From Minisyncoccota bacterium (lineage in GTDB: Bacteria > Patescibacteriota > Minisyncoccia > UBA6257 > JAGOQP01), in contig JBAYWE010000002.1 of NCBI GenBank assembly GCA_041674185.1, positions 2,233 to 66,232 on the forward strand: DNA of 64,000 nucleotides, written 5' to 3'. The notes beneath the pieces were generated by a model. The model saw only the letters and a list, made by a program, of their open reading frames with translations, made no database searches and was not told the DNA's origin. Below are positions 58,772-64,000 of this stretch, piece after piece (position 1 is the first letter of the stretch; each line of letters begins with the position of its first letter). The position numbers and the translations under genes were made by a program.

Positions 58772-59653
58772 TTATCTATCATCATCTGCAAAAAACTCAT
58801 ATCCTCCAATAAGCACGGGAGTTGAAACAAAATACCAAATAATAACATCATCAATAGGAAATACGTGGCCACACAACATAATGGGAAATACATATTCTCC
58901 TGGCCACCACCAACTTCCCACAACGAGAGAAACGACCTCATATATAAAAAATATAATCGCAAAAAATAAAGTGGGAATAAGTGTTTTTTTAATAAGGTGC
59001 GGACGATGACTAAAAATAAGCACCGCAGGAATAAATAAAACAATAACTGCAAGAATCATATACTGCAGTGAAACGGTGGTGGGATCATAAAAATAAAGTG
59101 AAAAAACCACTCCTGCAAAAACAACATATAACCCTACAAGAAACTTAAAATATTTTGATATGTGTCGTTGTTGATGATCTTTGTCTATAAAATATTCATA
59201 GAATGAAAGGGCCCAAAAAAAGTTCAGGAACGCGAATAACATATTCTCAAATGGAACCAATCCAAAAAGTCGAGGAAATACCGACTGTACATCCCATGCA
59301 TTTGCTAAACGAGCTGCAAGCTCAACGGGAGGAGCAAAAATAAGCGCAGATATAAGAGAGAAAATAAATACTCGCATACGAGCATGGCGCAACCACATGA
59401 AATTAACAACGGAAGGCACCAGAAGCACAAGACAAATTGAAAAAATATAAGAAGGACTCACCATTAAAACAACCGTACAGGCACACAACACATAGACAAA
59501 CAAAAATAACATCCGGTAGATATGATAACGAGACATAAGATTATTTTCTTTTACGCTTTTTGAGATGTATCTGTTTAGAGCTTTGTGTAATAGCAAAAAC
59601 CATGAGAACCATAATATATATAGAGGTGACATCAGGAGAAATAGTAAAAGCAC
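58772..59653 (-). CDS. Polytopic membrane protein, lycopene-cyclase-domain-like (true start probably MSRYHIY near 59537)
   Basis: Two repeats with W...G-VPFEN / W...FPIDD motifs reminiscent of CrtYc/d-type domains. Confidence 0.5.
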   Translation of the reverse strand: MLLLFLLMSPLYILWFSWFLLLHKALNRYISKSVKENNLMSRYHIYRMLFLFVYVLCACTVVLMVSPSYIFSICLVLLVPSVVNFMWLRHARMRVFIFSLISALIFAPPVELAARLANAWDVQSVFPRLFGLVPFENMLFAFLNFFWALSFYEYFIDKDHQQRHISKYFKFLVGLYVVFAGVVFSLYFYDPTTVSLQYMILAVIVLFIPAVLIFSHRPHLIKKTLIPTLFFAIIFFIYEVVSLVVGSWWWPGEYVFPIMLCGHVFPIDDVIIWYFVSTPVLIGGYEFFADDDR

Positions 59654-59948
59654 TTCCCATCCAGAAAGAAGCTATCGCAAGTCCCATAAATAAAGCACTC
59701 CACACTGCAACAAATAATTCACCCGGATGACGCCCCCCATCATTTCGCTCAAACCACCTATTAAATTCCTTCGTTCCCACAAAAATACTCAGTAAAGAAC
59801 CGTAAATAACAGAAAAGGGAGTCACTAAATAATGATACTGATCGTTCCCAAAAAAATCCAATAATACCACAAGAATAGAGGCAAATGTCCAGATATTGGT
59901 GATATACCGCCAAAAATTTTCAAAAAAATAATCTCTCCTAGATTTCAT
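59541..59948 (-). CDS. Membrane protein
   Basis: Four hydrophobic helices; KEFNRW...RHPGELFV. Confidence 0.65.
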   Translation of the reverse strand: MKSRRDYFFENFWRYITNIWTFASILVVLLDFFGNDQYHYLVTPFSVIYGSLLSIFVGTKEFNRWFERNDGGRHPGELFVAVWSALFMGLAIASFWMGSAFTISPDVTSIYIMVLMVFAITQSSKQIHLKKRKRK

Positions 59949-60046
59949 CTCAGAATATCAACAGCGGTTTTTATCACCGATGTCATACTATATTAATAAT
60001 AAAAATTATATAAATATCGTACCACAAAGTACAAAAAAACAAAACC

Positions 60047-60478
60047 GGCACGCATATAAGCCGGATTCTGTTCACTATATCGGTATATAATATAGATCGA
60101 TAACAATTTATCTGGGCCATCAATTACTCTCAGGCTCAAGCGACTCATCCAACCCCACCTTTAGAGTATAGAAATTTCTATTTTCTAAAGGTGGAGCTGG
60201 ATACGGTCTTGCACTCATGTAAGGATTTTGCCGTTTCACCTCTTATATTACTATAAGAGCTCATCCTCCTCCACATAAAGCTTCGGAGGATGTTGTATTG
60301 CTTTCGTAATACAACGTCTCTGTTCGCACCTCTAAGCTTACACTCGATGGGAATTACCCACTACACATACCTCGTGCATAGCACGAGATTGAGTGTCCGG
60401 ACTTTCCTCCCAACACCACTTTTAAACTCAATAAATTATAAAGTTAAAAAGTGATGTTGGGCTGTTATCCTGCGTGCC
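60047..60478 (-). ncRNA. rnpB: RNase P RNA
   Basis: Minus strand GAGGAAAGTCCGGAC, GGTGAAACGGC, GTGCAAG, ACAGAATCCGGCTTAT; terminal P1 helix GGCACGCA/TGCGTGCC. Confidence 0.95.
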
Positions 60479-60532
60479 AATATTAAAATATAATAAAATA
60501 AAGATTGTGTCAAATAACCTTATATACAAAGA

Positions 60533-61012
60533 TTATGCACTTTTAGAAAGAGGGTGTATTATTGTTCTATTTTCATCCTCATACGCAATGAAAAGAGCAA
60601 TTTGTATTGAACGTACACGAGAAATCTCTTGTATTTCAAATGGAATTTGTTTTCCTTTTTCAACCGCATGAGTATACAGCGTCGTAAGGGCATCTATAAA
60701 CTGTGTATGAGCTTCCTCCTGACGATCTAATAACCCTCGCATACCCTCGACAGATCCATCCTTAACGTCTGCTAATTCTTGGAGAAGAAGTACCTCTCCT
60801 GCATATATATGACTCCGCGTAATGAGTGTATCAACGTCTTGCATGAGCAGCTCATCTCCCTCTGTTAATAAAGAGAGCGCACGCATGGAAAAGATTTCTC
60901 CAAACTCAGCCTGATATTTTTCAAGAACAGCAGAATCCAACTGTATATGATATTCATTTTGATGCATCGTGTCATGTTCAAATTTTCCTTCAAAAGAATG
61001 GTGTGTATGCAT
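60533..61012 (-). CDS. Hypothetical protein
   Basis: 159-aa acidic ORF in the pgk-rnhA run. Confidence 0.6.
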   Translation of the reverse strand: MHTHHSFEGKFEHDTMHQNEYHIQLDSAVLEKYQAEFGEIFSMRALSLLTEGDELLMQDVDTLITRSHIYAGEVLLLQELADVKDGSVEGMRGLLDRQEEAHTQFIDALTTLYTHAVEKGKQIPFEIQEISRVRSIQIALFIAYEDENRTIIHPLSKSA

Positions 61013-61024
61013 ATAGAATAATAA

Positions 61025-61468
61025 TTAAAATAGAGATCTTTTTTGATGTTCATCAAGGGCTTCGTTTACCATTCGATCCGCAACACCATTCTGTTCTCGA
61101 GGAATATGTATAAACAAAACTTCCTTAAATTCCTGTTTTAGATTCCAAATAGAAACAAAATAAGAAAACAATTCTGGTTCTTTTAATTTAAATATTCCTG
61201 ATAATTGATTCACCACTAATTGACTATCTGAACGTATTTCAATACAAGTCTGTTGAGCAATATGAGATCCTAATAAACTCTTTGCCTTTTTTAAAGCAAA
61301 AACAATCGCTTGATATTCTGCGGTATTATTGGTTCCTTCTCCAATATATTCCCCATATCGTTTATCGCGGTCAGGAATAAAAACACCAATAGCACTCGGA
61401 CCAGGATTTCCCCGAGATCCTCCATCAGTATAGATAATAAAATGAGTCTGCGTAGACATATATAACAT
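61025..61468 (-). CDS. rnhA: Ribonuclease HI
   Basis: YTDGGSRGNPG, TNNTAEY, SDSQLVVNQ, PREQN-VADRMVN. Confidence 0.93.
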   Translation of the reverse strand: MLYMSTQTHFIIYTDGGSRGNPGPSAIGVFIPDRDKRYGEYIGEGTNNTAEYQAIVFALKKAKSLLGSHIAQQTCIEIRSDSQLVVNQLSGIFKLKEPELFSYFVSIWNLKQEFKEVLFIHIPREQNGVADRMVNEALDEHQKRSLF

Positions 61469-61471
61469 GTA

Positions 61472-62335
61472 TTATACACTTTTTTTTGATTCTTTCATCC
61501 TCCGCCATGGAAATGGTTTACAAGAAGGAACTAGAAAACCAGCGGCAGCCGCATGTCCTCCCCCTCCATACCTCTGAGCTAATTTTGACACATCATAGGT
61601 ACCATTTGATCGTAATGATACATGAAATACATCCCCTTCTTGAGACCAAACGACAGAAAAGGGAGGATATTTTTTGTACAATGCATGAGCCACCTCAGAA
61701 CGAATAGCTTCCGTTGCTTCATTAACCGCGTATACAATACGTCCAGCAAATCGTATAGGATATGCGTTTTGAATAGATTGTTGAATGAGTGTTTTTCTAT
61801 ATCGTTCTATAATCTCTCCTTGTGCAATAATTTTTTTTCTCTGTTGTGGCTGTTCTAAGGCACGAGAAAATATGTCCCACTTTTTTAAATAAAATCCACC
61901 CAAAACAAGCATATTACGAACACGATCCGTGTGTGGAATTTTAAAATTCCATAAATCACCATCTTCAACATAGCGCACTAACCAAGGAACTCTTATATGA
62001 GGAAAGAAATGTTTCCATGTTAAGAAAGCACCAGAATGAGCTACATCAAACATATATTCATCAGCAAAATGTACATCGTTTTCACTACTTATGTGATGAT
62101 CAAGTATGACAACTCGACACCCCCTCTTCTGTAAGAAAGTTATATCACTTACTAATAAACTGTTATCAAGAACGTATATATCAGTATCTCGTACCGTACG
62201 CAAGTCACGCGGAAACTGACGCGGAGGAATCGCATAATAAGAAGCTTTCGCACCAAATTTTTTCCATGCGACCCAAAAAGCACAAAATCCATCCAAGCAA
62301 TCATTATGATACAAAACAATAATTTTTCTTTTCAT
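61472..62335 (-). CDS. DHH/DHHA1 phosphoesterase
   Basis: YHNDCLDG, LDHH, SLRS, GGGGHAAAAGF. Confidence 0.9.
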   Translation of the reverse strand: MKRKIIVLYHNDCLDGFCAFWVAWKKFGAKASYYAIPPRQFPRDLRTVRDTDIYVLDNSLLVSDITFLQKRGCRVVILDHHISSENDVHFADEYMFDVAHSGAFLTWKHFFPHIRVPWLVRYVEDGDLWNFKIPHTDRVRNMLVLGGFYLKKWDIFSRALEQPQQRKKIIAQGEIIERYRKTLIQQSIQNAYPIRFAGRIVYAVNEATEAIRSEVAHALYKKYPPFSVVWSQEGDVFHVSLRSNGTYDVSKLAQRYGGGGHAAAAGFLVPSCKPFPWRRMKESKKSV

Positions 62336-62338
62336 ATA

Positions 62339-63481
62339 TTAACGCAAAGTTTCTAACGCGGGCATTTTTTTACCACTCATATAGGTAAGAAGGGCTCCCC
62401 CTCCTGTAGATAAAAATACGTTTTGAGGAATCTGTTTTGATTCCTTACAAATAAATGAAACCGTTTCTCCTCCGCCGATGATAACAGCAACTCGCGAGTT
62501 GCTTTTTGCTCTTTTTTCTATAGCGCGCCATATAGCGCGAGATCCTTTTTGGAACTGAGGAACATCAGTTAATCCCAGAGGACCATTCCATACAATCGTA
62601 TACGCACGAGATATTTCTTGACCATACCATCGCGCTGTTCGTGGGCCGATATCAAATATAGAGTTGTTTTTTATTTCTGTATCCCGAGGAACTTGGATCT
62701 TAGACTGTAACACAAATTTTTTAACTGTTGAAACGGCATCATGAACAGACGATCCAATATTATATCCGCACCACAAAAGAAATGTATTTGCCACCCCTCC
62801 TCCCGTAAGAATCGTATCAGCGTGTGAGACAAACCAATTTAATAATCCAATTTTATCAGACACCTTTACCCCTCCTACAAGCGCCACAAAGGGACGCTGA
62901 GGAGTTTTTAATACACGATTAAGAGCAACTAATTCTGCTTCAAGCGCAGGACCCACATATGAAGGAATAGATGCCGTAATAGCGCACATAGATGCGTGTG
63001 CTCTGTGCGAATTCGCAAATGCATCATTCACATATATATCTCCTAGTTGAGCCAATTTCTTTGCAAAGATTTTATTATTTTTCTGTTCTCCTTTATAAAA
63101 ACGAAGATTTTCACACAAAAATATATTTTTGTCTGACTGGGTAATAATATTTTTTCCGTTCACAATATCAGGAATAAAAACAACTCCTTCTTTTAGTTCT
63201 TTTTCTATGATTTTTACAAACGGTTTTAGTGAAAATTTTTTATTCTCCTCATTTGAAATTAGAAACTTGAAATTAGAAATTATTCTCTCGGATGCTGGTC
63301 TTCCTCTGTGAGTTAATATAACCACCCGAGATCCACGCGTACGAATAAAACGAATTGTTTCTATGGCACGTTTCACGCGTAGTGAATATTTAATATCATC
63401 ATCGTGTACATCAAAATCAACGCGTAATAATATCGTTTTTCCTTTTACTTCTGATTTTTTTAGTTGAGTGAAAAATTTCAT
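62339..63481 (-). CDS. pgk: Phosphoglycerate kinase
   Basis: LRVDFDV, THRGRP, ENLRF, VNDAFANSHRAHAS, WNGPLG, STGGGA. Confidence 0.96.
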   Translation of the reverse strand: MKFFTQLKKSEVKGKTILLRVDFDVHDDDIKYSLRVKRAIETIRFIRTRGSRVVILTHRGRPASERIISNFKFLISNEENKKFSLKPFVKIIEKELKEGVVFIPDIVNGKNIITQSDKNIFLCENLRFYKGEQKNNKIFAKKLAQLGDIYVNDAFANSHRAHASMCAITASIPSYVGPALEAELVALNRVLKTPQRPFVALVGGVKVSDKIGLLNWFVSHADTILTGGGVANTFLLWCGYNIGSSVHDAVSTVKKFVLQSKIQVPRDTEIKNNSIFDIGPRTARWYGQEISRAYTIVWNGPLGLTDVPQFQKGSRAIWRAIEKRAKSNSRVAVIIGGGETVSFICKESKQIPQNVFLSTGGGALLTYMSGKKMPALETLR

Positions 63482-63483
63482 AG

Positions 63484-63698
63484 ATAATTTATTATGAGCG
63501 GGTAACGGGAATCCTTTTCACCCGTCGCTTCGCCGTGCTTACGCACATGCTTCGCTCCTCCTTTAAAGCCTGGGTTTCTCAAAAAGTGAAGCAGTTCACT
63601 TTTTTCGAATACCCTTCGATTCCCTAGCATTGGATTTTATAAATAAATTATTATCACGCAGGGTAATTATAATTTATTATGAGCGGGTAACGGGAATC
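63484..63698. repeat. 30-bp direct repeat of the tRNA-Gly 3' end plus flank, enclosing a structured spacer
   Basis: ATAATTTATTATGAGCGGGTAACGGGAATC at 63484-63513 and 63669-63698. Confidence 0.9.
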
Positions 63699-63752
63699 GA
63701 ACCCGTGTCTAAACCTTGGGAAGGTCTCATTCTGCCACTAAACCATACCCGC
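63682..63752 (-). tRNA. tRNA-Gly(CCC)
   Basis: GCGGGTA acceptor, anticodon arm AGACC-TTCCCAA-GGTTT, GGTTCGATTCC. Confidence 0.95.
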
Positions 63753-63823
63753 ATATCATGCGGTACATAGTACAGAGAAACAGTAAAAAACTCAACAAAA
63801 AAATGATCATTATTATGAATATC

Positions 63824-64000
63824 TTATTTTGTTGCGTTATATAACACTAGGATTTCTGACGCAGAAAGTGCACGATTATAAACACGAACATCGTCAATAA
63901 GACCATTTAGAACACTGTTATAATAATTACTTTTACCAATCCATAAATTATAACCCGTATTTGTAACATTATATGCGGTGCTCGTAATTAATGTTCTTGA
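63824..64000 (-). CDS. C-terminus of a LamG/concanavalin-like domain protein (partial)
   Basis: Translates to ...LWIGKSNYYNSVLNGLIDDVRVYNRALSASEILVLYNATK-stop. Confidence 0.85.
   Translation of the reverse strand, partial: SRTLITSTAYNVTNTGYNLWIGKSNYYNSVLNGLIDDVRVYNRALSASEILVLYNATK

Noticed and set aside
63824-64000. Second DGR target
   Set aside because: The LamG-type C-terminus shows no similarity to the TR.

Overview
AT-rich bacterial chromosome segment with Patescibacteria (CPR, Parcubacteria-like) gene content: 5' end of 16S rRNA, rpmE, short RF1, murG-ftsW-mraY, scpAB and dnaX on the left; tRNA-Ser, pyrD, RNase P RNA, rnhA, pgk and tRNA-Gly on the right. About 36 kb in the middle (approx. 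11838-47595) is an integrated composite element inserted at the 3' end of tRNA-Gln(TTG). Main observations: (1) a complete diversity-generating retroelement (target-avd-TR-RT; 116-bp TR/VR with 21 hand-counted mismatches, all at TR adenines) whose target is a type IV pilin fused to a C-type-lectin-fold domain; (2) two large serine recombinases that both appear to carry an att site inside their own 3' coding region, so recombination would swap their C-terminal tails, which also gave a candidate right boundary for the island; (3) defence-like cargo: a fused m6A/m4C methylase with a degenerate LAGLIDADG-like plus PD-(D/E)XK pair, a HEPN protein, a ubiquitin-like/E2-E1/DUF6527 operon, a GIY-YIG/STAS-HATPase trio and an OLD nuclease; (4) a T9SS-sorted protein that looks foreign to CPR; (5) a candidate His-rich leader-peptide attenuator upstream of an MFS transporter. 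All calls come from reading motifs and aligning by eye; no database searches were run.
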